IMG/VR virus record: IMGVR_UViG_2531839402_000001
Origin: a virus
Taxonomy: Duplodnaviria > Heunggongvirae > Uroviricota > Caudoviricetes
Strand: one strand, 5' to 3'
Length of the DNA: 64,000 bases
Shown: in pieces, positions 38,219-49,005 of the stretch
How the letters are laid out: every line of letters starts with the position of its first letter
Numbering within the stretch: the first letter of the stretch is position 1
Notes under the pieces: model-generated
Seen by the model: only the letters and a program-made list of their open reading frames with translations
What the model was told of the DNA's origin: nothing
Databases searched by the model: none
Translations under genes and position numbers: made by a program

Positions 38219-41200
38219 TTGCTAATAGTCTCCGCTACCTCTGCCAGAATTGCTTCCAGCTTTTCGCCTTCTTCTGGGCGAAAGTACAAAATGTTCGGGT
38301 TAAATCCGTAGAAAACGGTCACATCCAGCTCCGGCAGATACTCTTTGCGTCCAACCAGGTCGGATGGTTTGCTCTTGTTGTTGAAGAGTGACGTCGCCCG
38401 GCTGCCACACGTCAACACATAGGTCGGACGCACCAGATTGATCTCTTCACGCATAAAGTCGGTGAACTGACCGATCTCGTCTTTGGTGTAGTCCTTCTCT
38501 TTGTCCTTCACCTTTTTGCACACGCCGGTGACGTAGAGATCGCCCATGCGCAAATCGCCTGCAGTAAGCAACTTCGCCTTGAAGTCGTCGTAGCCATTCT
38601 CCATGAAGTAGCCGGTACGCCCATCATTGCCGTTCGCGTTGTCCAGAATGACCATGATTTTCGGCTTAATGCCAATGCTTGGGCGGATCAGGTCGTCTCC
38701 CAGACCCATTTCAGCCGCCATGCGAGTCATCAGTACATTCACTTCAGCAGAGCGCTTAGGGTTCATCTCGAACGGTCGAGAGGCTTTTACAGCGTCGATC
38801 ACCAGATTGCCCATCAACTCTGCCTGGTCGCGCAGTCGTTCCGGATCTGTCGCTGGCAGACTGCCAGGCTCAATCGATGCGAACGCACCTACTTTTTGCA
38901 GTGACTCGCGTACTCGGCTGTTACACGCACGCTTCTCGACCGCTTCCTCAAATTGCTCAAGTGACTCGAATTTGCCGCCAACTTTCTCACGCGCTCTCAT
39001 GATGGCCTGGCAACCATTCTCAGAGCAGCCTTTCACAGCAGAGAAGGGCGCATACAGAACCTGGCTGCCGTCTTCCAGCGTGCGGATCTCAATTCGGTTA
39101 GATGACACGTTAACGTCTGGTGGCAATACGCGAATGCCATAGGTCAGCGCATCCTTAACCAGCCCCTGGTGCTTATCCTCGCCCAGAATGGTGAGCGCAG
39201 CAGCGAAGAACTCAGCAGGGTAATGTGTCTTTAACCACATAGACTGATAGCTGATCAGCGAGTAGGCAACGGAGTGTGATTTGTTGAACTGATACGCACC
39301 GTTCTTCTCGAAGGCATCCCAGATCTCCTTAGCTTTCGTCTCAGACAAGCCCGGTTGTGACCCTGTAACGCGTACAGCAGCCATAGGCAATTTCACACCT
39401 GCCTCCAGCGCTTCTTCGACCGTCCGCAGTGCGCCGTCCTCACATTTGAAGTGTTCCGCGCGGTGAATACGCTGCGTTGTGCCGTCTTCCATCTCAACGT
39501 CGATCCAACCCGCTTGAGCCTGAACGACGAACTTCTCGCCCATGCTCTTCATCTTTTCCATATCCTTTTTACCGATCGCTTTACGCACACCATCTGCTTC
39601 GGCCATCGTGAAGCCGGCCAGCAATCGTGTCGCGTTCATCGTCTGTTCCTGATACAGAATCACGCCGTTGGTTTCCGCGGTAAGTTCGTCCAGTACCGGG
39701 TGCAGCGACTGTGGAGCCATGAAGCCTTTGGCCACCGAGACATAGTCGTCCAACATGCCGGATTGAATCGGGCCAGGTCGGAAGAGTGCGGTTGTGGCGA
39801 CAACGGTTTTGAAGCTCATTGGCTCAATGCCACCGCCCAGATCTTTAAGCAGCTTGCGCATGGGGCCGGACTCCAGCTGGAATACGCCCTGCGTGTACCC
39901 TGCAGCGAACCCATCCAGAACCTTGCGATCGTCCAGTGGGATAGCATCGAGATTGATGTCTTCCCCGGTACTCTCTTTGATGTAGCGTTTCGCGCTATCC
40001 AGCAGATCGAGCGTTGCCAGACCGAGAACGTCCAGCTTAATCAACCCCATTGCCTCGCAGTAATGTTTATCGAATGCAATACAGCGAGCATTGCCACGCA
40101 GCTCGACGGGCGTGCGCTCTACCAGTGGAACGCCAGCGACGATCATCCCCGCTGCGTGACGGCCAAAACCACGCATCAGGCTTTGCAGCTTACACGCCGC
40201 TTTGAACGCTTCCGGGTTTTTCGTGGCGTATTTGTCCAGGCTGGCCAGTTGCTCGCGCAGCTCTTCCAGCGACAGGCTATCGTCCTCCAGATTCTTGAAC
40301 TCTTTGGATACCGCCATATCCGCAGCGTCGACACCGTAAATACGCGCAGTGTCACGCAGCGCCGAAGCAGCGCCCAGATAGGTGAAGTTCGGAATACCGG
40401 CAACGTAATCTTCGCCATAGCGTTCATTCAGATACTCGATCACCTCATGACGACGTGCCTGGCTGAAGTCCAGATCCGCATCCGGCAAGTCGAGACGTTC
40501 AGGGTTAATGAAACGCTCAAACAGAAGACCGTGACGGATAGGATCAACGTTGGTTATGCCTATGCACCACGCCACCAGAGACCCGGCAGAGGAACCACGA
40601 CCTGGCCCGACAGGAATGCCAGTTTCACGACTGTGATTCATCAGGTCGCGCACCATTAGGAAGTAGCCACAGAAGCCCAGGCGGGTCAGAGTGTCCATTT
40701 CGTACTTCAGGCGATCAACATACACACGGTGCTCAGAAGCCGGTGGTGTGTAGCCAAACTCTTTGGTAGTAAGACGCTTGCGCAGCCCCGCGACAGCCAG
40801 CTTCATCAGCGTTGCAGGCTCGTCGTCTGCCATCTTAGGCAGTGCTGGTGGCAATTCATGCCAGCGCCATGTGCAGGCTTCAATAATGGTGTCCTGCGTT
40901 GTTGAGGCCATTGCAGCTGTTACCGGCACATCCATTCGAACGGAGAAGGCTTTCAGCGCTTCAAGGAGATGGCGGCGACCATTAACGGCGTTATCTCGCT
41001 GGTGGGGAATACGCAGACGATGCGGCTGGTCGATTTTGATGTTGTTCGTAACCATGTGCGCAATGTCTTTAATGTCAGCGTCGTCGACCGCTTCGTAATA
41101 AGCGGGATAGAACGCCACTGGCTCTATTTTCAGTGCGCTCGCCACTTTCATCGCCCGGACGTTAATCTGGTCGTAGAATGGGGTAGGGTGCGGATAAACC

Positions 41201-41733
41201 ACGCTGTAGAAGTTATCGCGTCCTCCAGCTGTCACCAGCGTCCCGATAATCTTTGCGAAGTCCCGGCGCTGGAATACACTGCCAATGTCAGACGTCAGCA
41301 GGATGATGTTGCCTTTGGCATATGCGGCCGCCAGCTGGTCAAGCGCCAGACGCGGGACAAAGTAGAATTGCTCGCGCTTGTTGGCTAAGGTCATCAGTTC
41401 GCACACGTCGCGATAACCTTGCTCGTTCTTTATCAGTGCCGTGAAGCAGTAGCTGCGATCACGTACCAATGATTCCATACATCTCCCTGACTCTTTCGCC
41501 AGGCGAGCGCGGTGCTCGTATGTCGGATCGTCGACAACATTCAGCTTAACACCACAAATAACCGCCATGTCGTCGCCAGCGGCACGCTGCAGGGGGATCA
41601 CACTGGCAATGTTCATGCTGTCAGCGGAAATGACAGCGGTGTAGCCAGCGTCTTTCGCGATTTTCACCGCGTTTTCTGCTTTAAGAGCCGACTCTCCCAG
41701 GGAGAAGTCAGTTCTGACCATCAGAGCCTTCAT
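38215..41733 (-). CDS. dnaE: DNA polymerase III alpha subunit
   Basis: N-terminal PHP domain, polymerase core motif GIPVGPGRGSSAGSLVAWCIGITNVDPI...LLFERFINPER, 1172 aa. Confidence 0.9.
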   Translation of the reverse strand: MKALMVRTDFSLGESALKAENAVKIAKDAGYTAVISADSMNIASVIPLQRAAGDDMAVICGVKLNVVDDPTYEHRARLAKESGRCMESLVRDRSYCFTALIKNEQGYRDVCELMTLANKREQFYFVPRLALDQLAAAYAKGNIILLTSDIGSVFQRRDFAKIIGTLVTAGGRDNFYSVVYPHPTPFYDQINVRAMKVASALKIEPVAFYPAYYEAVDDADIKDIAHMVTNNIKIDQPHRLRIPHQRDNAVNGRRHLLEALKAFSVRMDVPVTAAMASTTQDTIIEACTWRWHELPPALPKMADDEPATLMKLAVAGLRKRLTTKEFGYTPPASEHRVYVDRLKYEMDTLTRLGFCGYFLMVRDLMNHSRETGIPVGPGRGSSAGSLVAWCIGITNVDPIRHGLLFERFINPERLDLPDADLDFSQARRHEVIEYLNERYGEDYVAGIPNFTYLGAASALRDTARIYGVDAADMAVSKEFKNLEDDSLSLEELREQLASLDKYATKNPEAFKAACKLQSLMRGFGRHAAGMIVAGVPLVERTPVELRGNARCIAFDKHYCEAMGLIKLDVLGLATLDLLDSAKRYIKESTGEDINLDAIPLDDRKVLDGFAAGYTQGVFQLESGPMRKLLKDLGGGIEPMSFKTVVATTALFRPGPIQSGMLDDYVSVAKGFMAPQSLHPVLDELTAETNGVILYQEQTMNATRLLAGFTMAEADGVRKAIGKKDMEKMKSMGEKFVVQAQAGWIDVEMEDGTTQRIHRAEHFKCEDGALRTVEEALEAGVKLPMAAVRVTGSQPGLSETKAKEIWDAFEKNGAYQFNKSHSVAYSLISYQSMWLKTHYPAEFFAAALTILGEDKHQGLVKDALTYGIRVLPPDVNVSSNRIEIRTLEDGSQVLYAPFSAVKGCSENGCQAIMRAREKVGGKFESLEQFEEAVEKRACNSRVRESLQKVGAFASIEPGSLPATDPERLRDQAELMGNLVIDAVKASRPFEMNPKRSAEVNVLMTRMAAEMGLGDDLIRPSIGIKPKIMVILDNANGNDGRTGYFMENGYDDFKAKLLTAGDLRMGDLYVTGVCKKVKDKEKDYTKDEIGQFTDFMREEINLVRPTYVLTCGSRATSLFNNKSKPSDLVGRKEYLPELDVTVFYGFNPNILYFRPEEGEKLEAILAEVAETISK

Positions 41734-41911
41734 GTGTTTTTACCTTTCTGGTTTTCTTGATTTTGTCATTGGGGAAGCCAACGAACTTCCCATACATCGA
41801 AATCGCAACCTCTTTGGCTGACTGGTGGCACTCGGGCCTATCCGGACACGCCAGACAAGCCCGGCCAGTTTCAGACGCTGCGATAAGAGAGCCGAAACAT
41901 CCTTTACGCAC
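41708..41911 (-). CDS. Small Cys-rich hypothetical protein
   Basis: 67 aa with CxxC...CxxxxC spacing. Confidence 0.3.
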   Translation of the reverse strand: MRKGCFGSLIAASETGRACLACPDRPECHQSAKEVAISMYGKFVGFPNDKIKKTRKVKTHEGSDGQN

Positions 41912-41913
41912 GA

Positions 41914-43149
41914 TTAACCGAAGATCTTCTGAACCACTTCACGCGCTGCCTGTGCAGACGTGGATGGAAGTTTATTGATAAACGACTTTTCGATGCCGGC
42001 AGAGAAATCACCGCGCATCATTCCGATTTTTGCGGACAGCAGCAGCTCGCGAGGGCCGATTGGCTGGCTGATCAGATGCTGTTCATAACCTTCACGGACA
42101 AGGTTCGCGAATTTCACCATCTTCTCGGCGTATTCGCGGATAACACCAGCCTCAGCCAGCATGTTGACTTCAGCCTTAGTGCTCATGTACTTCACGTTCG
42201 AAACAATGCCGAAGCGCGAGAAGTTCGCCGCGTTCTGGATGTTCGTACCTTGATAGAGACCCGTTTCGTCGCCAGAGCCGTTAGTGTTGCCAGTGCCAAT
42301 GAAGGCAAAGCGTTTATGCGGAGTGATACGGCGCCAGTCCGGAGTTGCCTCTTTGATGATCAGCGGCTCTCCTTCAAGAACTGGCTGGTACACACCCAGA
42401 ATCTGCGGGAACGCGAAGTCATATTCATCAGCGAGGTACACCCAGCCATTTTTCATCGCCAGCGCCAGCAAACCAGGCTCGAAGTAGGTGGAACCATCGC
42501 GAGCGAGGATCTGGCCTGTAACGTGTGCCTCTTCCATAGACGCCGTATGCTGTGCGCGGATCAGTGGTCGATTCAGCAGGGCGCATAGCTGCGTAGGAAG
42601 AGAAGATTTACCGGTTCCTGCATGGCCCCAGAGATAGCCTGGGATTCCGATTTCCAGCATCATGAAGATGTCTTTAATCAGGTCGAAGTCGCCATACACA
42701 TAGTTCTTCTTCGCTTCCGGTACGAACTCCGGATATGGCGTGTTGACGTTGACTGTCACCTGTAGTGGTTTTCCGCGTGGCGTTCCCAGCTCTTTGATCG
42801 TTACGCCAAGCAGCTCGTGCGCGGCCACCAGTTCGGTCTTGTATTCGACCGTTCCTGCGTAGCCCGGATGTGCGCTAATGTCCGCCACTTTTCCTTCACC
42901 TGAATGCTTTTCGGCACGCTTCTCATTGAGTTTGGCCAGTGCCGTGCGAGAGATCGTTGGTTCATCCGGAAACGCAGTGGTGTACATTTTCACCACCTCG
43001 TCCACGTCCAGACCTTTCGCGGACTCAGGAATGTTCTCGCAGCGGCCCATAGAGATATGGGATTTCAGGTAATGAAAGGATTTGCCACACCACTTGCAGA
43101 CGATGGCTTCCGGCAAATGTTCTTCTTGCTGTAGTGCAGTAGCGGTCAT
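41914..43149 (-). CDS. CobS-like (MoxR-class) AAA+ ATPase
   Basis: Walker A GHAGTGKSSL, Walker B YLADEYD, N-terminal Zn-ribbon-like CKWCGKSFH; paired with the downstream vWA protein. Confidence 0.65.
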   Translation of the reverse strand: MTATALQQEEHLPEAIVCKWCGKSFHYLKSHISMGRCENIPESAKGLDVDEVVKMYTTAFPDEPTISRTALAKLNEKRAEKHSGEGKVADISAHPGYAGTVEYKTELVAAHELLGVTIKELGTPRGKPLQVTVNVNTPYPEFVPEAKKNYVYGDFDLIKDIFMMLEIGIPGYLWGHAGTGKSSLPTQLCALLNRPLIRAQHTASMEEAHVTGQILARDGSTYFEPGLLALAMKNGWVYLADEYDFAFPQILGVYQPVLEGEPLIIKEATPDWRRITPHKRFAFIGTGNTNGSGDETGLYQGTNIQNAANFSRFGIVSNVKYMSTKAEVNMLAEAGVIREYAEKMVKFANLVREGYEQHLISQPIGPRELLLSAKIGMMRGDFSAGIEKSFINKLPSTSAQAAREVVQKIFG

Positions 43150-43245
43150 GTGTTTTTCCTTACTGTTTGTCGTTCGTGGGGTATATCTTATATAAATATA
43201 TTAGACTGTATAGTAAGTGATTACTTATTTTTACGGGTAAATCCA

Positions 43246-45618
43246 TTACCCAAGAATGATACGAGATAGTTCTGTGACGACTGACGGCCCTAACTCTTCT
43301 ACGCTGTTTACCAGTGCGTAATTTTTGTAGTAACGCCGTGGTGCGTCGGTCAGAACGCCGATAGCCATCAAATCGATGTCACTCAACGTCTCAATTTCTT
43401 TGATGACGGTTCGCAAATGCTGATGGAACCCGTCGCCTGCAGCACATGGCGCCCCGTCGCTCATAACCAGCATGATCTTCTTGTCCTCCATTCGCCCTGC
43501 AAACAGAGTCGCCAGCTGCGCGACGCTCTCACCATCGACGTTATTGAGCAGGGGGAATGTCTCACACACGCAGCCCATGCGGGCGCGGATCTCTGGAGAG
43601 TTGGCTTTCTCATTCCAGTTTTTGATAATGGGCAGCATTAGCGCCTCGAAACGAGTAAACCCGCGCTTCGACATGGTTTCATAATCTGGGCTACCAAACG
43701 TGGTAAAGCCGGTGATGATGTTAGGCACATTGATACGATCCAGAGCATCCGCAATGGTGTAGGCGCTTGCGATTGCCAGCTGAATCTTCCTGCCGCCCAT
43801 TGAGCCGGACAAGTCGATCACCTGCTGGACGCACGCGTTCACCGCTCTGTGGTCTTCTTTCTTGCGGAATACGCGGTCGTCGTTCATTGCCAGACGATAC
43901 AGGTTCGCGCCATGTATCCGCCCACGTCTCTGGCCTGGGATAAACTGAACTCGGTTGCGGCTGGCGATAGCTCGCTCCAGGTCTTTGGCCAGAGTCGAAG
44001 AAACGCCTGCTGACAGATGTTTTTCGATTTTCAGTTCAAAGAGCTTTCTGCCTTCCGGAACCATGCGGTAGCGATCGACCGGTGAGTGCATCGGGATTGC
44101 GCCGAACGTCTTTCTGGTGCGCTTTACATGCTCTTCAGCCTCATCAATCAACCCGATAAAGTCGTATGAACGATCGTATGGGCGATACTCAGAAAGTGAG
44201 GTGCTCATAAGCTCTTTGCTGATGGTGGCCGACAGTGCGTCTTCGGTCATTTCGCCTGTTCCGTCTTCCATCTCGTCGAGCGCCTTGAGTGCGTCCTCCA
44301 GAGTCATTTCATCCGGAGCAGGAACAAAGCCTGACTCACTGTCTTCAGGCGCTTCCGCAGCATCCTCATTTTCTTTACCTTCGCCGTCTGTTTGATCGGC
44401 GGCATCATCTTCCTCTTCGCCTTCTCCTTCCGACTCCCCGTGACCGGCATCGGAGTCTTCGCCGTCATCACTATCACTATCCCCATCGCCAGCGGCGCCA
44501 GAGCCATAACCATCGGAGTCATCGGCGTCTTCGCGAATGCCATCACCAGGCGTTGGAGAGCCAGTGTCATCACTACCACCTTCGTCATCAGAATCACCTG
44601 ATTCCATGCCGGCATCATCGGATTCTGAGGTGTCTCCTGATTCCTCTTCGCCTGCTTCTGTATATTTACTTTCTGTATCACTAATTTCTTTATCTTCTGT
44701 AGGTAAGTTCTTATCTACTGATTCAGGCAAATCAGAATCCCCAGACTCTTCCTCTTCTGAGGCATCATCTTCTTGCTCTTCCTTGTCGTCGTCTTCGCCT
44801 TTGGTACGCTTTGGTGCTGATTCACTATGAGTCGGTTCGTCACCGGCTTCTGGGGTTTCCTCTGACTCATCCTCACTCTTCGACGGCTTCCTAGCAGACG
44901 ATTTAAGCTCTGGTAATTTGCCCTCTGGCTTGTCTTTCATATCCTGCATGATTTGGGCGATAGCAGCTGCTACCTTCACGCAGTCTTCTGTGTTCGACAT
45001 ATTGCGAACGGCCACGTCGATACCATGCTCTTTGAGCAAGGCCACAGGCTTCTCGATGAGGTGCCAGTGTTCTTCCATAAAGTCGATGAAAGGGCTTTGG
45101 CCATCCCAGGCGCGAACGACCGGGCAAAGGAAGAATTTCAGGAACAATTCACGCTGGTTGCCGTGGCAGATTGAAACCGCCTCTGAAACTTTGCCCTTGA
45201 AGTATTTGTCGATCACCACGTTCTGTGTGGCCAGCAAATTGCGACGAGTTCCGTTGAATACCTGTCCCATTCTGCGTTCAATAAAAACGTCTTCCAGCGC
45301 GTTCCAAAGCCCGGTAGACGGAGCCTTTCCTTTCTCGCGCATCTTCATTGCGACTTTCGGATCAGTAAAGAGGATATGGGCTACCTCATGGTCGAGAAAA
45401 CCACGTACTGCGTTCATGAGGGTTGGTGACGCGTCGTCCGGTATAGATGGGATGTTTACCAGCACTGGTTCGCCGCGCCGGTTGTAGCGGACATATGCTT
45501 CATTACCTCGCTCTGCAACAGGTATCTGTTTGCCTGATAGCATCGCTACAACTCGTTTTACGCAGTCGCGAAAGTCCTGTACCTCTTTCAGCACAGATCT
45601 GGTCATGGCTTTGGACAT
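43246..45618 (-). CDS. CobT-like vWA-domain protein with long acidic low-complexity insert
   Basis: C-terminal vWA/MIDAS motif (VIDLSGSMGG); D/E/S-rich central region. ATG at 45618 with AAGGAAA RBS preferred. Confidence 0.6.
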   Translation of the reverse strand: MSKAMTRSVLKEVQDFRDCVKRVVAMLSGKQIPVAERGNEAYVRYNRRGEPVLVNIPSIPDDASPTLMNAVRGFLDHEVAHILFTDPKVAMKMREKGKAPSTGLWNALEDVFIERRMGQVFNGTRRNLLATQNVVIDKYFKGKVSEAVSICHGNQRELFLKFFLCPVVRAWDGQSPFIDFMEEHWHLIEKPVALLKEHGIDVAVRNMSNTEDCVKVAAAIAQIMQDMKDKPEGKLPELKSSARKPSKSEDESEETPEAGDEPTHSESAPKRTKGEDDDKEEQEDDASEEEESGDSDLPESVDKNLPTEDKEISDTESKYTEAGEEESGDTSESDDAGMESGDSDDEGGSDDTGSPTPGDGIREDADDSDGYGSGAAGDGDSDSDDGEDSDAGHGESEGEGEEEDDAADQTDGEGKENEDAAEAPEDSESGFVPAPDEMTLEDALKALDEMEDGTGEMTEDALSATISKELMSTSLSEYRPYDRSYDFIGLIDEAEEHVKRTRKTFGAIPMHSPVDRYRMVPEGRKLFELKIEKHLSAGVSSTLAKDLERAIASRNRVQFIPGQRRGRIHGANLYRLAMNDDRVFRKKEDHRAVNACVQQVIDLSGSMGGRKIQLAIASAYTIADALDRINVPNIITGFTTFGSPDYETMSKRGFTRFEALMLPIIKNWNEKANSPEIRARMGCVCETFPLLNNVDGESVAQLATLFAGRMEDKKIMLVMSDGAPCAAGDGFHQHLRTVIKEIETLSDIDLMAIGVLTDAPRRYYKNYALVNSVEELGPSVVTELSRIILG

Positions 45619-45748
45619 GAGAATTTCCTTGTTATTAAAACAATTTGTTTTCTGATGTGCGTAATTTATCACTGTACGAACAGGCAACTAAGCTGTTCGT
45701 ACAGGCATCTAAGCTGTTCGTACAGGCATCTATAGGCAGGAATGTATT

Positions 45749-45961
45749 TTAAATGGTTCTCACGGCAAGGGAGCCGCAACCGGTATTGATGAGAGTGAAA
45801 TGTTTATTTTTTAGCTCAAAAGTGAAAACCGTCGTATCAACCATCTCCACGGGAAGCTCTTCAGATTCTAGTTCTGTCAGGATCGTCGCGACGCCATCCA
45901 GTCCAATCGCATATGCGTGTCCAACCTCAAGGGCGGTCAATTTAGAAGTTATATTTTTCAT
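45749..45961 (-). CDS. Hypothetical small protein
   Basis: 70-aa ORF. Confidence 0.3.
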   Translation of the reverse strand: MKNITSKLTALEVGHAYAIGLDGVATILTELESEELPVEMVDTTVFTFELKNKHFTLINTGCGSLAVRTI

Positions 45962-46224
45962 TTCATATCATCCAACTGAACACATTTGAAAGTTCGGCAA
46001 TACTACTACCTATTGTATCAATATGGAATGCACCTATATCAGATACGTCTTACTTTTTTCTGTAAGCGAATGGTGACAAATTGCTTAAAAACCATAGTAT
46101 AATGGCGGTACACCGGGGTTTTGTGCCTATCGAAATTAAATAGATAAGTCTTTACAACCCTGGCCTTTGCTGTAATATCAGTAAGCACTTACCAGAGATA
46201 AACAAAACACGCAAGGTTCACTAC

Positions 46225-46611
46225 ATGGCTACCAACGAAACAGAGATCAAACAAGGTCGCTACGCAGCTTACATTGACTCGTTAATCACAATCTCGCCTA
46301 AAAGTCAGGCTACCATTGCCAAAGAGGTTGGGTACAAGAACGCCAACAACCTCTCCCTCATCAAAAGCGGCAAAATCCCACTTCCAGTCGATAAGGTTCG
46401 AGCTTTAGCCGAAGCACTGGAGGCAGATCCGGTTCGACTGATGCTGATGGTTCTGGAAGAACGTCATCCTGAGCTGCTTGAGTTTTTTCGCGAAGAGGGC
46501 ACTGCACCTCTCTCCGCTGATGAAAAACTCGTTCTAGAAGCGTTCCGTAACCGTTTTGACGGTCAACAGGGTGCGTCAGAAAAGGTGGTAGAAGCCATCA
46601 AGTCACTGTGA
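46225..46611 (+). CDS. XRE-type HTH DNA-binding protein (putative repressor/regulator)
   Basis: HTH QATIAKEVGYKNANNLSLIKSGK. Divergent from the minus-strand module across an AT-rich promoter region. Confidence 0.5.
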   Translation: MATNETEIKQGRYAAYIDSLITISPKSQATIAKEVGYKNANNLSLIKSGKIPLPVDKVRALAEALEADPVRLMLMVLEERHPELLEFFREEGTAPLSADEKLVLEAFRNRFDGQQGASEKVVEAIKSL

Positions 46612-47709
46612 GAAATTTACACGAATAAGCTCCGTGGCTAGACGATCTCCCTTGAATTTGTGGTCTATCTCGTCTAAGTCTGTTTGATTAACGATAGATG
46701 CGATGTACGTTGAGAAGTTATTCAAGGCGTCTCGCATCTCATCCATATAATCGTGGCGATCATAGACGCGATCTATCCCTTCAAGACTGTGGTTCATAAT
46801 CTTACGGGCCACCTCCTGATTAATCCCCAGAGCAGGGAAATAACTACGCGCTGTACGTCTCAGATCGCGTGGGGTGAATGACTCAACCTCCATCAACTCA
46901 GGTCGTTCCAGTATCCTTCTCAGTGCCTGGGCAATGGCCACCTTAGACATTGGCGTATCCACGCCCTTCTTCTTATTCGAAGGAACGAGCCACTGGCTGC
47001 CTTTCCCGTACTCAAACAACTCTTCTACGCATTGGCGCATCAATGGGCTTAACGGCAGCGCGTGCTGTCTGGCCGATTTGTTTCGCGTACCTTGATTCCA
47101 TACATCACGTTGAAGGTTGAACTCATCCTTTCTGGCCCGGAGCACTTCATCGGGTCGTCTGGCGGCGACAAGACAGAGCCTGGCCGCCCACTTTGTGCCT
47201 TCGCACACATTGAAGTAATCCCAGACGTTCCAGAATACCCAGACCTCGGCGTCGGTCAGCTTACGTTCTCGCGGTACTGGCTTCGCGCCACCGGCAACTT
47301 TATTGAGCGACATATCATTCAACGGCGATGTATTAATCAGCCCCTGAAAAGCGCACCAGCTCAGGAACTGTTTCATTAGGGAGAATACGCGTCTGCCCTG
47401 GACGATCTTACCTTCCAGTATCAGTGGGTTCACCAGTTGGTTGACCAAGACCCTACTTATATCACTTACCTTTACTTCAGAGATATGCGGCATTACATGT
47501 ATCAAAACACAATGAACGGCTATTTCAGGTCGACGTCTCGTTATCAGTAAAGATAAGCGAGTGAATAACATGAAGGCGGAAGAAAACGACATGTCTCCGT
47601 CGAAATTGGCGGTCGACACTGCCGACAAACCGGAAGCGCGTTCGAGGTACTCGATGGCTTCCCGAGAGGTGTTTTCTGCTGCGCGTGCTTTATCAAAGGT
47701 GTTTTTCAT
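46603..47709 (-). CDS. Tyrosine recombinase / integrase
   Basis: C-terminal catalytic region with R...HxxR...Y (PRDLRRTARSY...HSLEGIDRVYDRHDY). Confidence 0.75.
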   Translation of the reverse strand: MKNTFDKARAAENTSREAIEYLERASGLSAVSTANFDGDMSFSSAFMLFTRLSLLITRRRPEIAVHCVLIHVMPHISEVKVSDISRVLVNQLVNPLILEGKIVQGRRVFSLMKQFLSWCAFQGLINTSPLNDMSLNKVAGGAKPVPRERKLTDAEVWVFWNVWDYFNVCEGTKWAARLCLVAARRPDEVLRARKDEFNLQRDVWNQGTRNKSARQHALPLSPLMRQCVEELFEYGKGSQWLVPSNKKKGVDTPMSKVAIAQALRRILERPELMEVESFTPRDLRRTARSYFPALGINQEVARKIMNHSLEGIDRVYDRHDYMDEMRDALNNFSTYIASIVNQTDLDEIDHKFKGDRLATELIRVNFSQ

Positions 47710-47881
47710 CGTCCACTCACTGAGTGAAACCTTTTACTGTATGTATGAACAGTATATTAGGCTTAAGTTTTTGTATGATCAACCATAAAATAGCCTGTTT
47801 TGTACAATGATTCCATACTTAATAGGTATGGAATCATTTAAGGCTGGAAATTTAAATTCTGAGATTTTATTAGCGTGATTG

Positions 47882-48292
47882 TCACGGATTAGTGAGAGCT
47901 TGAAATGCGGCGGCGTATGCAGCGATATCGGCCATGATTTTTGGATCTTTCGCATACTGATGTGCATTGCCCGGGAAGATTGCTAATAGACTATACACAT
48001 CTTGGAAATGTGCATGTTGACTGTAAACGAGTGCGCGGTCGCTTGTGCAATTGAATCTGTTGCGGCTGCTGGTTCGTTCTTGCTTCGTGAACAAGAGATG
48101 AACGTGATAAACGCGGGAGGACACGATAGCACCCGGAGCCGTATACGGGCCATCTTTGCCTAATACGGCTGGGCACATGCCTTGTTTAAGCGACGTGAAA
48201 TCGTCGAGTAACGTGATCTTTAAGTCAGGCTTTATATCGAAGGTCGGCTGTAAAAATTGGGCGTAACTATCACTGTTCCATGTGACCTTCAT
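47882..48292 (-). CDS. YafO-family toxin-like protein
   Basis: VYHVHLL and ALVYSQHAHFQDVYSLLAIFPGNAH align in order with E. coli YafO VAHIHL / AHLVYCQGAFDEQAWLLIAILKPEPH as remembered. Confidence 0.5.
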   Translation of the reverse strand: MKVTWNSDSYAQFLQPTFDIKPDLKITLLDDFTSLKQGMCPAVLGKDGPYTAPGAIVSSRVYHVHLLFTKQERTSSRNRFNCTSDRALVYSQHAHFQDVYSLLAIFPGNAHQYAKDPKIMADIAAYAAAFQALTNP

Positions 48293-48301
48293 CGTTCAAC
48301 C

Positions 48302-48910
48302 TCAATGGAATGAGAAGTTGGCGAAGACGTCCTCATCAATGAGGCCTGTCTGCGATTCGATGACGTCTACGTCGTTAAAACACTGATTTAAAATCAATAG
48401 CAGATCAGAGATAGCCAAACGATACTCAGTTACAGAATCGCTCAGGCGCTTCAAGTATGGATGAGGTTGCTCAGAGTCACGAATCAACTTGTTAACGAAT
48501 CCCTCCAAACCACGAATGGTCAGGTCAACGTTCTTCAGTTCTTCGTAACGGCTTTCACCGAAGCTGCTGCGAATCTTTTCCGCTTTCCATCCAGAGATGG
48601 CATTAGCCAGGCGAACGTGTTTCGCTGTCAATTCTGCGAGTTTGCTTTCGATCTCTGCCAGCTGTGCCGCATCGCTGTTCTCTTGAACAGGGATACCTGC
48701 GGTTCTCACATAGGCTTGTTCTTTGAATCCAGCAAATTTCGCAGAGTGCTTCACCGTGCCACGGAAGCGTCGATAGCCAAGCGGCTCAATAAAGGCACGC
48801 CCAGATTTAGCTTTAGGCTTTGTAGTTGAAAAGCGCGAGGCGTTAGAGGTCACAGTAGCAAGGGCATTGCTAATGACACTCATATCTTCCAGGCAATTTT
48901 CTAAACGCAT
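48302..48910 (-). CDS. Hypothetical protein upstream of yafO-like (candidate antitoxin of non-canonical size)
   Basis: 202-aa ORF, 9-bp gap to the yafO-like gene, not Phd/YefM/YafN-like. Confidence 0.4.
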   Translation of the reverse strand: MRLENCLEDMSVISNALATVTSNASRFSTTKPKAKSGRAFIEPLGYRRFRGTVKHSAKFAGFKEQAYVRTAGIPVQENSDAAQLAEIESKLAELTAKHVRLANAISGWKAEKIRSSFGESRYEELKNVDLTIRGLEGFVNKLIRDSEQPHPYLKRLSDSVTEYRLAISDLLLILNQCFNDVDVIESQTGLIDEDVFANFSFH

Positions 48911-49005
48911 AAAACCTCTTAACTACTCAATGGCTCGTAACTAAGTGTACGCTGTGTTGATGAAAGCGACAAATAATAAACGGCCCCAAAAGGAGCCGTA
49001 TTGTA

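Noticed and set aside
39451-40659. 402-aa plus-strand ORF
   Set aside because: Antisense inside dnaE; long only because of codon bias in the true frame.
44100-44900. Apparent short tandem repetition and His/Arg-rich antisense ORFs (44289..44684, 44304..44681)
   Set aside because: This is the acidic D/E/S-rich low-complexity linker of the CobT-like protein. The repetitiveness is codon-level low complexity rather than a repeat element, and the antisense ORFs are shadows.
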